From NCBI GenBank assembly GCA_963707655.1, contig OY970172.1, positions 864,001 to 928,000 of the forward strand: a stretch of 64,000 nt of DNA. Reading direction: 5' to 3'. The DNA comes from an uncultured bacterium. Its GTDB lineage: Bacteria > Babelota > Babeliae > Babelales > Vermiphilaceae. Made by a program: the position numbers and the translations under genes. This document shows, one piece after another, positions 1 through 10,405 of this stretch. The notes below the pieces were generated by a model. It was given only the letters and a program-made list of their open reading frames with translations. It was not told the DNA's origin and did no database searches. Positions within the stretch are counted from its first letter, which is position 1, and every line of letters begins with the position of its first letter.

Positions 1-457
1 AAAATCTTTAATTTCTGCTGCCATAGGAGCCATAAGCGGCTATGCTTCACTCCTTGCCTATCTGATTACTCGCTCACGCGCGATAAAAAATAGCGATCGC
101 TGGGATAGCTGGAAACAAGAAGTTCCTGTGGCAGCACTACATGAACTACCAATAACGCAAGTGGCCAACGTACTTCGCGATGCATTACACAAAAAATATA
201 ACAAGGCTGAGCCACGCGAGCTTGTATCGGCACTCGCCGATATTGAAGCAGAAAAAAACCAACTGGAGCGCCTTATTTTTTACTCTTCTTTGATAAAAAC
301 ATGCAAACTGAGCTTATTGTTTTGGTACCGAGACTCAGTGGAGGAGCTCGCAAAAAACAAACTCAAGCGACTGGAATTCATCAGAGAGTTTCTTATAACC
401 CATATGGTAAAGATTGTTGAAGGACAACCGTCTGACGCACTGGCCAATGCTGCGTAA
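1..457 (+). CDS. hypothetical protein, probably 5'-truncated by the window edge
   Basis: ORF track 128..457; the stop overlaps the start of the next gene; no recognisable motif. Confidence 0.6.
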   Translation, partial: KSLISAAIGAISGYASLLAYLITRSRAIKNSDRWDSWKQEVPVAALHELPITQVANVLRDALHKKYNKAEPRELVSALADIEAEKNQLERLIFYSSLIKTCKLSLLFWYRDSVEELAKNKLKRLEFIREFLITHMVKIVEGQPSDALANAA

Positions 458-935
458 AAACATGTATCTTGCCGCGTTTTATACACATCTAGTGTGTGCT
501 GCGCCAAATGCAGCAGAAGTGAGTTTTGAACAGGCACTGCAGGCATTACACAACAACAAGCCGCATCTTTTTGAACCTACTGAGCAAAAACAGGAACAAC
601 CCTCATCATGGACCAGCTATGAAAACTGTAGCACCGCGATTGATCTGACCGCTCTGGCATCTGCCTTGGTAAGAATATATATAAGGCATAACCAACTCCT
701 TGCCGCCAAAACGGATAACAGTGGCATGTGGAATACCATTTTTAAAAAAATTTTCCCTGAAAGCATGCAGAAATTAAGCAACCAAACTCTATGGCTAAAA
801 GATTCTTGTATCATAACTGTAGAAACGATACTGTACAAAACCGTTGCGAAATTAGCTTTGTATTGCAGCAAGGGCGATGGGTACGATCTTATAAAAAAGG
901 CCTTCATGAAGGCAAAATCTATCGTACTTGGCTAG
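447..935 (+). CDS. hypothetical protein, possible signal peptide
   Basis: ATG at 447 in the 414..935 frame, overlapping the end of the upstream gene; N-terminus MLRKNMYLAAFYTHLVCAA. Confidence 0.6.
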   Translation: MLRKNMYLAAFYTHLVCAAPNAAEVSFEQALQALHNNKPHLFEPTEQKQEQPSSWTSYENCSTAIDLTALASALVRIYIRHNQLLAAKTDNSGMWNTIFKKIFPESMQKLSNQTLWLKDSCIITVETILYKTVAKLALYCSKGDGYDLIKKAFMKAKSIVLG

Positions 936-1060
936 CGTTCCTACTCTTGCCTTTTAAGAATTCAATTATAATCCGGAACCGTCGCGCACGCGCAGTTGCA
1001 AAGCAAAGGGCTTTCTATATCATAGCGAATATACTTGGTTTGATTTTCTGAAGAAGGACA

Positions 1061-1885
1061 TTGTTTATGAAAAATCTGAGAATTAAAAACACATTCATTG
1101 TTGCCACGATTTTAACACTTGGCACCAGTTTTAATGAATTCGCGCAAAACAGCGGCCCTGACGCGCAACAACAGATACACCAAGTCCTCGACAAGTATCG
1201 AATATTTTTAGACGAAGGCACCCTTGCTGGTCAAGACTGGAGCAGCTTTTCTAAACCTCCAAAAACCAGGCACTTTACCTTCAAAAGAGCCTTTGAATTA
1301 TTTGCGGAAAAGAAAGGAACTGTGATAGTTGAATTAGGAACAACTCGAAGCTTTGTGCATGGGGGGCTTATTGGATGCAATAGTGATGATGTACGGTTCT
1401 GGACCCCTGATCAACCTGAAAACTGGGATTGGGGTGCTGGCGGCTTTACCCGCATGGCAGCAGAAAGTCTTATGCATCTTAACCCAAAAATTTACACAGT
1501 CGATTTAGCAAAAAGACACATTGAGCGCTGCAAGATTATTACTGCCCCTTTTGCGCATATAATACATTACTGCGTCTGCTCATCGCTTGATTTTCTTGCT
1601 ACAACAAATCAAAGAATTGACCTATTGTATATGGATACAGGTGACATGACCCCTTTGGAGCCCACGGCGCAACTACAGCTAGCCGAAGCACAAATTATCG
1701 TTCATCGTGATTTGATAATGCCCGGCGGACTCATTTTAATTGATGATGTCAGAAATCAGACTCCCAAAAAATTTGGTGAGCAATCAGATCTGGGCAAAGC
1801 AAAATATGCACTACCCTACCTACTCGAGAATGGTTTTGAAATCGTCGAAAATGAGTACCAAGTCCTGTTACGCAAAAAACAATAA
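1061..1885 (+). CDS. class I SAM-dependent methyltransferase-like protein with signal peptide
   Basis: IVELGTTR (motif I-like), IDLLYMD and PGGLILIDD motifs; hydrophobic N-terminus ending ...NEFA. Confidence 0.75.
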   Translation: MFMKNLRIKNTFIVATILTLGTSFNEFAQNSGPDAQQQIHQVLDKYRIFLDEGTLAGQDWSSFSKPPKTRHFTFKRAFELFAEKKGTVIVELGTTRSFVHGGLIGCNSDDVRFWTPDQPENWDWGAGGFTRMAAESLMHLNPKIYTVDLAKRHIERCKIITAPFAHIIHYCVCSSLDFLATTNQRIDLLYMDTGDMTPLEPTAQLQLAEAQIIVHRDLIMPGGLILIDDVRNQTPKKFGEQSDLGKAKYALPYLLENGFEIVENEYQVLLRKKQ

Positions 1886-1930
1886 TCGAACGTCTCATAA
1901 TTGCTTTTATTTTGCCTATAGAGAGCTGTA

Positions 1931-3091
1931 ATGATAAAAACTAGTGATAATTACATAAATAAAAAATTAAAGCCAATTTTTTTTATTTTCTTCTTCTGCC
2001 TGTTTATTCAATCCCAGGCACATGGTGATTCCCATCTTACAAAAGTTCTGCATCTCAGCTTTCATTTGGGATGTATCAAGGAATTTGAAGCAGTCGCCCA
2101 CTATTTACCGATTGAGCTCACTTCTTGGTACATTCATTCAAACAGGGAGCAATTTGATGATCAAGCGGTGGGGGCTGCGATATACAACATAGGTCATGAT
2201 CGCGCAAAACGAATATGGGAGAAGAATAAAAACTATTTCAATCAGTTTGATATCATTCTTACTTCCGACACAGCCCCACTTTCTAGAATTTTCTTACAAA
2301 ATGGCTGGAAAAAACCATTGATCATATGGGTTTGTAATCGATTTGATTATGCTGATAGAGGAAGTCTTGACTGTAATTTCCCCGACAAAGAATACTACGA
2401 ACTATTCCAAAAAGCAGCTCAATTACCTAACGTAAAAATTATATCATACACTCCTTATGAACACTTTTATGCAAAAAAGAAGAACGTTCACTGGAAAGAG
2501 TGTGTCGTAAAGCCGATTGGGACGATTGAGACAGCGCTGTGGCACTCAGACGCCTCTCTAATACCTTCTTTTGTTGATCAAAAAAATACTTTTTTTGTTA
2601 ATCCTCGATTGGAATCCTGGGGCTCGCACCCGGGGCAACAATTTGATTACCTGCAAACAGAATGCGAAAGCCGCAACATCAACGTGTACATGGGAAAATA
2701 CAGCGGCCCGGAAGACATTAAAGATTTCAAAGGGATAATCTTTTTTCCCTATCAATGGTCTAATTTAGTTTTTTTTGAAAACATACAACGTGGAATTATC
2801 CATTTCGTGCCAACGATCAACTTCATCAATGCACTTAGAAAATTAAATAAACCGGTAAGCTATAATGCAGAAATACTCACAGGAAACTTTGAACTTTGTG
2901 AATGGTATATGCCGGAGCACAAAGACTTAATAGTTTATTTTGCTTCATGGGATGATTTAAAAGAGAAAATTGAAACAATCGATTATGAAGCAATGCACAA
3001 AAAAATTAAGGCTTTTGCAGAAACCCACCGAGAAAAAATGCTCACCGCATGGCAGCAGGTATTTCACCTCTTCGCCTCAAGCGGGATTTAA
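1931..3091 (+). CDS. putative glycosyltransferase (GT-B-like) with signal peptide
   Basis: 386-aa ORF in glycan cluster; C-terminal FPYQWSNLVFFENIQRG resembles a GT-B donor-binding segment; N-terminus KKLKPIFFIFFFCLFIQSQAHG. Confidence 0.5.
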   Translation: MIKTSDNYINKKLKPIFFIFFFCLFIQSQAHGDSHLTKVLHLSFHLGCIKEFEAVAHYLPIELTSWYIHSNREQFDDQAVGAAIYNIGHDRAKRIWEKNKNYFNQFDIILTSDTAPLSRIFLQNGWKKPLIIWVCNRFDYADRGSLDCNFPDKEYYELFQKAAQLPNVKIISYTPYEHFYAKKKNVHWKECVVKPIGTIETALWHSDASLIPSFVDQKNTFFVNPRLESWGSHPGQQFDYLQTECESRNINVYMGKYSGPEDIKDFKGIIFFPYQWSNLVFFENIQRGIIHFVPTINFINALRKLNKPVSYNAEILTGNFELCEWYMPEHKDLIVYFASWDDLKEKIETIDYEAMHKKIKAFAETHREKMLTAWQQVFHLFASSGI

Positions 3092-4099
3092 AAACTTATT
3101 TTTAATGCTTGGATCATTTTTATAACGGCATCGCACACATGGCGCATTGCGCGGTAAATATATAGATTTAATCTCAGGATTAAAAAAGCTGACAAAATTG
3201 GCAACGTTACTTGTGGTATGAATCAAATAATCACAGCGAGAAAGCAACAGGCATTCATAAAGTACTGGTACGCCTCCCGCAAAACCGGGCTTTTTCTTGT
3301 GCCACTCTTCGGGGTGACTGACCCAATACTGTGTATTTTCATCAATCAAATGCGGATCCTCCGTTCCAATCGCGCGAAAGGCATCAATATACAGCAACCT
3401 GCTGCCATATCTTTTTTTAAAAGCATTCATAGCTTGATGGCTATCCGATGCAAGGTAAACTTTAATATCTGCATCAGGATTTGCGTATAATAATGCATCA
3501 ACTTCTGCAAAATATTGTTCCAATGTTGGAAGACGACCACCGGGCACCTCGCGCGCGTGTCCCTTAGTAAAACGAACATGAACACCTATGCATGGAAAAC
3601 CTAGCATGTTTTTTTTATAGAAATCATCTACAACGCTAAGGATTTCTTCTTTAATGCGAATGTATTTTGTAATTTTTTCATGTAAAAATTTGCGATATGG
3701 CAAAAATTTATCGTATTCAATCCACTGTACAGAACATACCTGGTCATGGATTTCATGAAATGAACTTTGGCAAACAACATTGACCGCTCCAGCTTGCTTT
3801 GCATCGTCGGTATTGATGGGCTCGAAGTAGAGATCCCAACCATTCTCATGAATCTCATCTTTATAGGGAAAAAATTCATCCGCCCAATCAACATATACGC
3901 TTTGCATGCCCTCTTCTTCATAACGGATAAGAGCTGTAAGAACCTTTGAAAGCTCAGCAAAAAAACCTGCTCCCAAATGGGTTTTAACAACAAGATTTAT
4001 AGGATGAGAATTGACCATGTTGACATCAAGAGCATGAACACCGGAGGCACGCGCTAACAAAACTGTTAGCCCAACAAACAATATTTTTTTACTTTTCAT
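3077..4099 (-). CDS. NodZ-like (GT23-type) fucosyltransferase, copy 1, with signal peptide
   Basis: AGFF, IGVHVR, VYLASDS and LLLSRCDYLIHTTSNV fucosyltransferase motifs; signal ...ASGVHA. Confidence 0.75.
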   Translation of the reverse strand: MKSKKILFVGLTVLLARASGVHALDVNMVNSHPINLVVKTHLGAGFFAELSKVLTALIRYEEEGMQSVYVDWADEFFPYKDEIHENGWDLYFEPINTDDAKQAGAVNVVCQSSFHEIHDQVCSVQWIEYDKFLPYRKFLHEKITKYIRIKEEILSVVDDFYKKNMLGFPCIGVHVRFTKGHAREVPGGRLPTLEQYFAEVDALLYANPDADIKVYLASDSHQAMNAFKKRYGSRLLYIDAFRAIGTEDPHLIDENTQYWVSHPEEWHKKKPGFAGGVPVLYECLLLSRCDYLIHTTSNVANFVSFFNPEIKSIYLPRNAPCVRCRYKNDPSIKNKFLNPA

Positions 4100-4227
4100 A
4101 ACATTCCTTTTTTTAAACTTTTTACTTTATGAAGCGAGAAAAAATTGGCATTGCAACTATCTATTAAATGGTATATAAAACATACTTAATCGCAACTCGT
4201 ATACCATCTTACAAAAAAGGAAGTAGT

Positions 4228-5229
4228 ATGCATGCAAAAAAGCTTTTTTTATCATTCTTTCTGCTACCACTCTCACTTTACTCAAAGCAAGACATAGCTT
4301 TTAATAAAGTAGTAATCTGGGGATGGAAAATGCACAGCCATACCCACTCATATATTCATTATGCCTTTTACAAAACATTCAAACACCTTGGTTATGATAC
4401 GTATTGGTTTGATAATAAAGACGACCTTAAGGATTTTGATTTTGATAATGCTCTTTTTATAACTGAGGGACAGGTTGACCAAGACATTCCTTTACGGGAT
4501 ACCAGTTATTATATTTTGCATAATTGCCCTGATCCTAAATATAATGATTTGTTCGATAACAAACACGTACTCTTGTTAAAAGTGTATGTCCATGATGTTT
4601 TCACTAATGGACATCAAGATCTTCAAAAGCTTGATGACTATACTTATTGTTCTATGGCGGATAACGCTGTATATATGCCCTGGGCTACTGACCTTCTTCC
4701 TCATGAAATTGATGATGTAAAAGAACGGGTGAAGAAAAGCTGGGGAACAAAAAAAGAAAATATGACATATTGGATCGGGTCAACAGGCCAAGGTTATCAG
4801 GGCCCCGCCCCACAACTCGCACCTTTTATAAAAGCCTGCAAAGCGAATGGTATTGCTTTTCGAGTCGCAAAAAAACAGCATTGGCCGGGTGCTATGGACC
4901 CAGAAGAAAATCTTAATTTAATTTTCAAATCCTATCTTGCCCCCGCTATTCAATGCCAATGGCAGCTTGACCATGGCTATATCCCTTGCAGAATTTTCAA
5001 AAACATAAGCTATGGACAACTTGGCATCACTAATTCAAAAACTGTTTATGAGCTTTTTGACAAAAAGATCGTGTACAATGAGAATACCGAACAATTATTT
5101 TATGACGCGCAAGAGAGAATAAAACATCTCACTTTGCAAGAACTGCTTGACCTTATGGATTTCGTAAAAAATAAGCATACCTACATCAATCGAATTAGCA
5201 CACTATTGGAGGTATTTTCATTATTATAA
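4228..5229 (+). CDS. putative glycosyltransferase with signal peptide
   Basis: ATG 4228 after AAGGAAG; C-terminal YIPCRIFKNISYG...VKNKHTYINR resembles GT-B/CgeB-like tail. Confidence 0.6.
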   Translation: MHAKKLFLSFFLLPLSLYSKQDIAFNKVVIWGWKMHSHTHSYIHYAFYKTFKHLGYDTYWFDNKDDLKDFDFDNALFITEGQVDQDIPLRDTSYYILHNCPDPKYNDLFDNKHVLLLKVYVHDVFTNGHQDLQKLDDYTYCSMADNAVYMPWATDLLPHEIDDVKERVKKSWGTKKENMTYWIGSTGQGYQGPAPQLAPFIKACKANGIAFRVAKKQHWPGAMDPEENLNLIFKSYLAPAIQCQWQLDHGYIPCRIFKNISYGQLGITNSKTVYELFDKKIVYNENTEQLFYDAQERIKHLTLQELLDLMDFVKNKHTYINRISTLLEVFSLL

Positions 5230-5259
5230 ACATATAATTTCAAAAAATAGGAGCACACA

Positions 5260-6444
5260 ATGAAAGCACTTTCAACTATACTGACAATACTGCTACTTAC
5301 CATTTCTTTACCCTCGCAAGCTCACCAGCATTCGGCTGTCACGGTAATAGGGCTTGGACGGTTGGGATTATGTATGGCGCTTTGCTTAGAAAAGACAGGA
5401 TTTGATGTGTTGGGGGTTGATGTTATCTCTTCTTACGTAGACAGCCTTAATAAAAAAACTTTTACTTCAGACGAACCTTTCGTTACCGAATACCTAGGAA
5501 AGAGTACCCACTTTAAGGCCACTACCTCACTTGAAGAAGGAATTAATTCCTCAGACATATTTCTTATTATTGTCGATACTCCTTCAAGTCCACATGAAGC
5601 ATATGATCATTCTAAATTAAGTCGACTTTTATCAAATATTAATAAGCACAAAGTCAAAAATAAGCACATTGTGATTTGTTGCACCGTTTTCCCCGGTTAT
5701 ATCAGAAATATAGCATCTTTGCTGCTTAAAGACTGTGAAAATACTTCTATCAGCTACAATCCAGAATTCATTGCGCAGGGGAGCATCATAGATAATTTTG
5801 AACACCCTGATATGGTGCTTATCGGCGAAGGCTCTTCTGAAGTTGGCGATAGGTTGGAATCTATATATCGTAAGGTGTGTAAAAATGAGCCTAAATTTGC
5901 GCGCATGAGTGCTGACAGCGCAGAAATTGCCAAGCTTGCTATTAACTGTTTTTTAACCACAAAAATTGCCTATGCAAACATGGTTGGTGACATAGCAGAT
6001 CAAACATATGGCGCAGACAAATTTGATATTCTTAATGCGGTTGGCTCAGACTCCCGTATTGGAGCAAAATATCTTAAGCCCGGTTATGGCTTTGGCGGTC
6101 CTTGCTTCCCGCGCGATAATCGTGCCTTGGGGGCATATGCTGAGAAGATTGGTATAGAACCAACTATCCCTTGTGCGACAGATGCAGCCAACAAGGAACA
6201 CGCCTGCCATATGGCCGAAAATCTAATACGAACCAGGCAAGCGTACTATGTGTTTGAGAATGTAAACTACAAGGATAATTGCCCCGTGATTATTATAGAA
6301 GAATCTCAAAAACTTGCCGTTGCTGAAATCTTGGCAAAAAAAGGACACAAGGTTTTGATTAGGGACCGGACTGAAGTTGTTCATGCGGTTCAAGAAAAAT
6401 ATGGTTTTTTGTTTGAGTATGAGATTATTGAAGAGGTGAATTAG
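5260..6444 (+). CDS. UDP-glucose/GDP-mannose dehydrogenase family protein (short C-terminal domain) with signal peptide
   Basis: VIGLGRLG Rossmann motif, [23 protein letters not shown] catalytic Cys motif; signal ...LPSQA; RBS GGAG. Confidence 0.85.
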   Translation: MKALSTILTILLLTISLPSQAHQHSAVTVIGLGRLGLCMALCLEKTGFDVLGVDVISSYVDSLNKKTFTSDEPFVTEYLGKSTHFKATTSLEEGINSSDIFLIIVDTPSSPHEAYDHSKLSRLLSNINKHKVKNKHIVICCTVFPGYIRNIASLLLKDCENTSISYNPEFIAQGSIIDNFEHPDMVLIGEGSSEVGDRLESIYRKVCKNEPKFARMSADSAEIAKLAINCFLTTKIAYANMVGDIADQTYGADKFDILNAVGSDSRIGAKYLKPGYGFGGPCFPRDNRALGAYAEKIGIEPTIPCATDAANKEHACHMAENLIRTRQAYYVFENVNYKDNCPVIIIEESQKLAVAEILAKKGHKVLIRDRTEVVHAVQEKYGFLFEYEIIEEVN

Positions 6445-7345
6445 GTTTTTTTGCTCTGACAAGCATATGCCAACCTATTTCTGATTCAAGCTCTGCAAAG
6501 AGATCATCTGCTATATCCTTAAAGCAATCTTCTTTTTCATATTCGTATTGTATATATTTTTGAACGTTCCAGGGAAAAATATGTGCTTTGCGTATATCCA
6601 GGATTTCAAAATCTGAGAATAATCTTTTTGCGCCTTCTAACGTATAGGAATACGTTATAGGGCAGCCTGTTTGTGCTTCAGAGTAAGATGAAATAAGTTC
6701 ATCTAGTTTACTAAAATCCCATACTCCCGTTTCTTTCATCAAATTAAAGAGCTTATAACTGATTTTGGAATAAACCATCATTCTTATCTCGCCATCACTT
6801 TTGAGTAATTTTTTGCACTGTTTTAGAATTTTTTCAGGATGAGGGCTATGATGAATAACACCAAATGACCATACGAGATCAAACTGTTCTCCCTCAGGGA
6901 GCAATTGATCAAGCTCTTCTGCGTTGCCTAAAATAAAATTTGCTTCTAATCCATATACGGCAAATCTTTGCTTTGTCAGGGCCAAACTTTCTTTGGACAA
7001 TTCAATCACCGTCAATTTGGCGCCGTGCCGTGCAAAGTTTGTTGCCTCGGTTCCTATGCCGCAGCCAATTTCTAATACTGATTTCCCTTTCCATTTTTCA
7101 AACTCAGCAAAAGCGGGGATATGAGGTTCAATAAAATGTTTTCTTTTCTCTACTTCATCAAAATACTCGCGCGTTCCAACCGTTTTATTCGAATGGCGTA
7201 CGTTACAAGGGCGCCTATCCCAGAATTCTTTTACTTTATCAATAGAAACAGCCGAAAAATCTTGGCATTGCAATGGGGTCAAGACAATTGAGCTGCATAG
7301 AGCGCAGAGTAAAGATTTTAATTTTTTCATCGTATTTGCTTGCAT
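6425..7345 (-). CDS. class I SAM-dependent methyltransferase with signal peptide
   Basis: VLEIGCGIG motif [21 protein letters not shown]. Confidence 0.85.
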   Translation of the reverse strand: MQANTMKKLKSLLCALCSSIVLTPLQCQDFSAVSIDKVKEFWDRRPCNVRHSNKTVGTREYFDEVEKRKHFIEPHIPAFAEFEKWKGKSVLEIGCGIGTEATNFARHGAKLTVIELSKESLALTKQRFAVYGLEANFILGNAEELDQLLPEGEQFDLVWSFGVIHHSPHPEKILKQCKKLLKSDGEIRMMVYSKISYKLFNLMKETGVWDFSKLDELISSYSEAQTGCPITYSYTLEGAKRLFSDFEILDIRKAHIFPWNVQKYIQYEYEKEDCFKDIADDLFAELESEIGWHMLVRAKKPNSPLQ

Positions 7346-7459
7346 TGTCTACAGTCCTCAACGGATATTTTTAATAACATAAATTCAATAGTTACTTTCT
7401 AGCATGTCGTGCGGTTTTTTGCAAACGAGAGGTTTGCTGAAAGCTTAAAACTCAACAGC

Positions 7460-7488
7460 TTGACATAAATTCTATGCCTTATTATGTT
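7460..7488 (+). promoter_or_regulatory. putative sigma70 promoter for the second NodZ-like gene
   Basis: TTGACA (7460-7465), 17-nt spacer, TATGTT (7483-7488). Confidence 0.5.
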
Positions 7489-7544
7489 ACCCTTTGCGTC
7501 CCAAATTTCTTATATGAGCAACATCGCCCACAAAAAAAGGAAGA

Positions 7545-8564
7545 TTGATGATTGTACGACTCATTAAATTGTTATGTCTCCTTTTCTTAATAACCCATTC
7601 GTTAATATTACATCCATACGGCTCTATAAATCTTGTCGTTAAAACTCAGGTAGGAGCAGGTTTTTTTTCTGAGTTTTTAAAAGTCGTGGGATCTATTATT
7701 CATTATGAAGATGAAAGAGTTAATAGCGCGTGTGTCGACTGGACAAATCAGTTTTGTCCCTATAAGGACGATCCGCATGAAAATGGCTGGTGTCTTTACT
7801 TTGATCCTATTCATATGGGGAAAGAGGATAATACAGCTTCCCTTTCAAAAAACCATACCCTTGAGATTTGTGATGTGGTGCCTCCCGGAGTTCATCAATA
7901 CTATTGCAATGAACAGTTCATCAAGTACGATAAGTTTTTGCCATGTCGTAATTTTGTACATGAGAAAATTATGAAATACATTTATATTAAAAAAGAAATT
8001 CTTAATTTTGTTGATGATTTTTATAAGCAAAATATGCAAGGCTGTATCTGTATAGGTGTCCACTGCAGACATTCTTGGGCTCACGCCTGCGAAGTTCCTG
8101 GCCGTCAACTGCCAACATTACAAGAATATTTTTCAGAAATTGATGCATTATTATACGCAAATCCTGATGCAGATATTAAAATTTATATTGCATCGGATAG
8201 CCATCAAGCTATGAACGCTTTCAAAGAGAGATATGGCAGCAGATCATTGTGTATTGATGCATTTCGATCGGGCGAGAGAGAAGAGGCACATGTGATTAGT
8301 GCAAATACTTCATATTGGATAAACAATCCTGAGGAGTGGCATAAGAAGAAGCCTGGTTTTGCTGGAGGAGTTACAGTACTTTACGATTGCTTATTGCTTT
8401 CCCGTTGTGATTATCTTATCCATACGACAAGTAATCTCGCTACCGCCTCTACCTTTTTTAATCCTGATATTAAGTCTATATATTTGCCCCGTACTGCGCC
8501 ATGCGTGAGCTGTCATGAAAATTACGATTCAAGGAATCTCAAAAATAAATTTTTAAAACCCTAA
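7545..8564 (+). CDS. NodZ-like fucosyltransferase, copy 2, with signal peptide
   Basis: Collinear paralog of 3077..4099 (IGVHCR, IYIASDS, LLLSRCDYLIHTTSN). Confidence 0.75.
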   Translation: MMIVRLIKLLCLLFLITHSLILHPYGSINLVVKTQVGAGFFSEFLKVVGSIIHYEDERVNSACVDWTNQFCPYKDDPHENGWCLYFDPIHMGKEDNTASLSKNHTLEICDVVPPGVHQYYCNEQFIKYDKFLPCRNFVHEKIMKYIYIKKEILNFVDDFYKQNMQGCICIGVHCRHSWAHACEVPGRQLPTLQEYFSEIDALLYANPDADIKIYIASDSHQAMNAFKERYGSRSLCIDAFRSGEREEAHVISANTSYWINNPEEWHKKKPGFAGGVTVLYDCLLLSRCDYLIHTTSNLATASTFFNPDIKSIYLPRTAPCVSCHENYDSRNLKNKFLKP

Positions 8565-8808
8565 GACTCTGCGAACAAAAAAAGGAGCATAATGAATGAA
8601 TATTATATTTCCTAAAGTAGATGCAAATTGGTTTTAAAAAATTCGGGCGGAAAAGGCTCTTTGGACTATGCCGGATAGGCTCCGATCAGTGCGTCTAGCA
8701 TTATTTTTCATTTAATGATAATGAAAGTTGCTCTAGCGATGGATTAATCGTTGCGAAGAAAAACGGGGTTCTGGGCGCTGAGCAGATCTCGATTAGAAAA
8801 TAGTGATG

Positions 8809-9648
8809 TTATTTTTTGAAAAGCATCTCTGCCGAGGTCCAATGAGGCAATGGTTTGTGCCAAAACGGAATATAATAAACAATGCCCTCCGATAAAAGTC
8901 CCGCGGCATAACTGAAAGAACTGCGACCTGTGACCAAAACATCGGCAAGGACCATAGCAGTAAATGCATCTTCCACAGATTCATTGAGATGCAAGATTAT
9001 ATCGTGAGCAATAAATGCGTTAAAATCTTCGCTTTTTCCTTGTGAAATAAGATGAATCAGAAGATCTTGCGAAGCATGGATTTTTCTTAATTGTGTAATA
9101 ATATCCAGAAAAAGTTGTTTCGGTGTATTGGCACCTTCTATGCGGTTGTCGTGGGGATTTGGTCTTCTCACATGAATAACAATATTGAAACTTTCATTGT
9201 TAAAATAATTGTTTCTATTTTTATTGGCTCTAAAAATTTTTCTTATTTTCTTTAAAGATAAGCTATTTGCGCATTCAGCAACATTCGCATCAAAAAATGC
9301 CTTGTAACCAGCATTGTTAGAATTTATACGACCCTCATTAACCTCAAAGTTATCTATAAAATTAACGAGCCATTCTTTTTTCGCTATGAAACAGGGGTCA
9401 GCATCATAATTGTGTTCCATTTCTTTAAATGGCGTGTAAACAAATTTCTTATTATTTAATTCAGCGTAAACGACAGATGCTATAATTTCTTGAAATTGAG
9501 AGCCAAAACCATCTGATTGTTTATGATTCGTTACAACTTCTTCGGATCTGGAATCAATTAAGCACTCACTGTATTGTTGCCACCCTAAAGTGCTTACAAT
9601 CCCCAATAGACACACATCCAACAAAGCGATTTTCATGCACAGGATCAT
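8809..9648 (-). CDS. putative fucosyltransferase-fold (GT11/GT23-like) glycosyltransferase with hydrophobic N-terminus
   Basis: DGFGSQFQ, IVIHVRR, ADVLVTGRSSFSYAAG motifs. Confidence 0.6.
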   Translation of the reverse strand: MILCMKIALLDVCLLGIVSTLGWQQYSECLIDSRSEEVVTNHKQSDGFGSQFQEIIASVVYAELNNKKFVYTPFKEMEHNYDADPCFIAKKEWLVNFIDNFEVNEGRINSNNAGYKAFFDANVAECANSLSLKKIRKIFRANKNRNNYFNNESFNIVIHVRRPNPHDNRIEGANTPKQLFLDIITQLRKIHASQDLLIHLISQGKSEDFNAFIAHDIILHLNESVEDAFTAMVLADVLVTGRSSFSYAAGLLSEGIVYYIPFWHKPLPHWTSAEMLFKK

Positions 9649-9660
9649 TTCTGTTTTTAT

Positions 9661-10404
9661 CTATTTTCTCATCTCTGCATGGTTTTTATCCAAAGCCAAT
9701 AATCGTTTATGATAAGGCAATTTCCAGCTTTCCGGATAACAATAGGAAGGATTTAAAATTACCGTAGGTGGGTTATCGATAAAATAACGGTTCAAATGGC
9801 TTTCATCGTGCCACACAGCCACCACCCCATTCTCAAGATCTTCGTTGATATTGGTCAACATAGTATGTACCAATTTCAAGAATTCTTTCGAATTGCCTCC
9901 ATGAAATCCACCGGCAAAATAATATTTTCCTTCATCGGGGGCAACATGGGCATTTGACTCAGATCTTGTTTCATAGGTGCCTCTCTTGCCTACAAAGCCG
10001 GGGTGTATGGTGGCAACACGCTCTCCCAAAATTTCATCCCCAACCGTATCTACAAACAACATATCTGCATCCAACGCGAAGAGATAATCCATATCATCAA
10101 ACATATCCCGATATTGATAGTAGGCAGCGCATCTCATCATAGTATCATAGGGCCAACCCAAGCGCGTATGCGGTAGACATACAATATCATCAGCCGCCGG
10201 CAATGAACCGTCAGTAAAAACAAAGTAAGTTATTGTATGATCAGGACAAAAATGCTTTCGAGCAGACTCAACAAGGGGAGGAACAAAATTAATATATTTT
10301 CCGGTAGCCACAACCAATAATCCCACATTGTATTGTGCTGAATTACTGGTTAAAATAATCATGTTCAGCAATAACAAGCCCGCTATTTTTACTATTTTAA
10401 TCAT
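9661..10404 (-). CDS. GT6 (ABO blood-group/alpha-1,3-Gal/GalNAc transferase family) with signal peptide
   Basis: ATGKY, YFVFTD, WPYDTMMR, DADM, YFAGGFHGG, WHDESHLNRY and LNPSYCYPE are GT6 motifs; ATG 10404 just after the gmd stop. Confidence 0.9.
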   Translation of the reverse strand: MIKIVKIAGLLLLNMIILTSNSAQYNVGLLVVATGKYINFVPPLVESARKHFCPDHTITYFVFTDGSLPAADDIVCLPHTRLGWPYDTMMRCAAYYQYRDMFDDMDYLFALDADMLFVDTVGDEILGERVATIHPGFVGKRGTYETRSESNAHVAPDEGKYYFAGGFHGGNSKEFLKLVHTMLTNINEDLENGVVAVWHDESHLNRYFIDNPPTVILNPSYCYPESWKLPYHKRLLALDKNHAEMRK

Positions 10405-10405
10405 G

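Noticed and set aside
8565..8808. Small gene after the AAGGAG RBS at ~8582
   Set aside because: The frames close within about 14 codons; at most a gene remnant.
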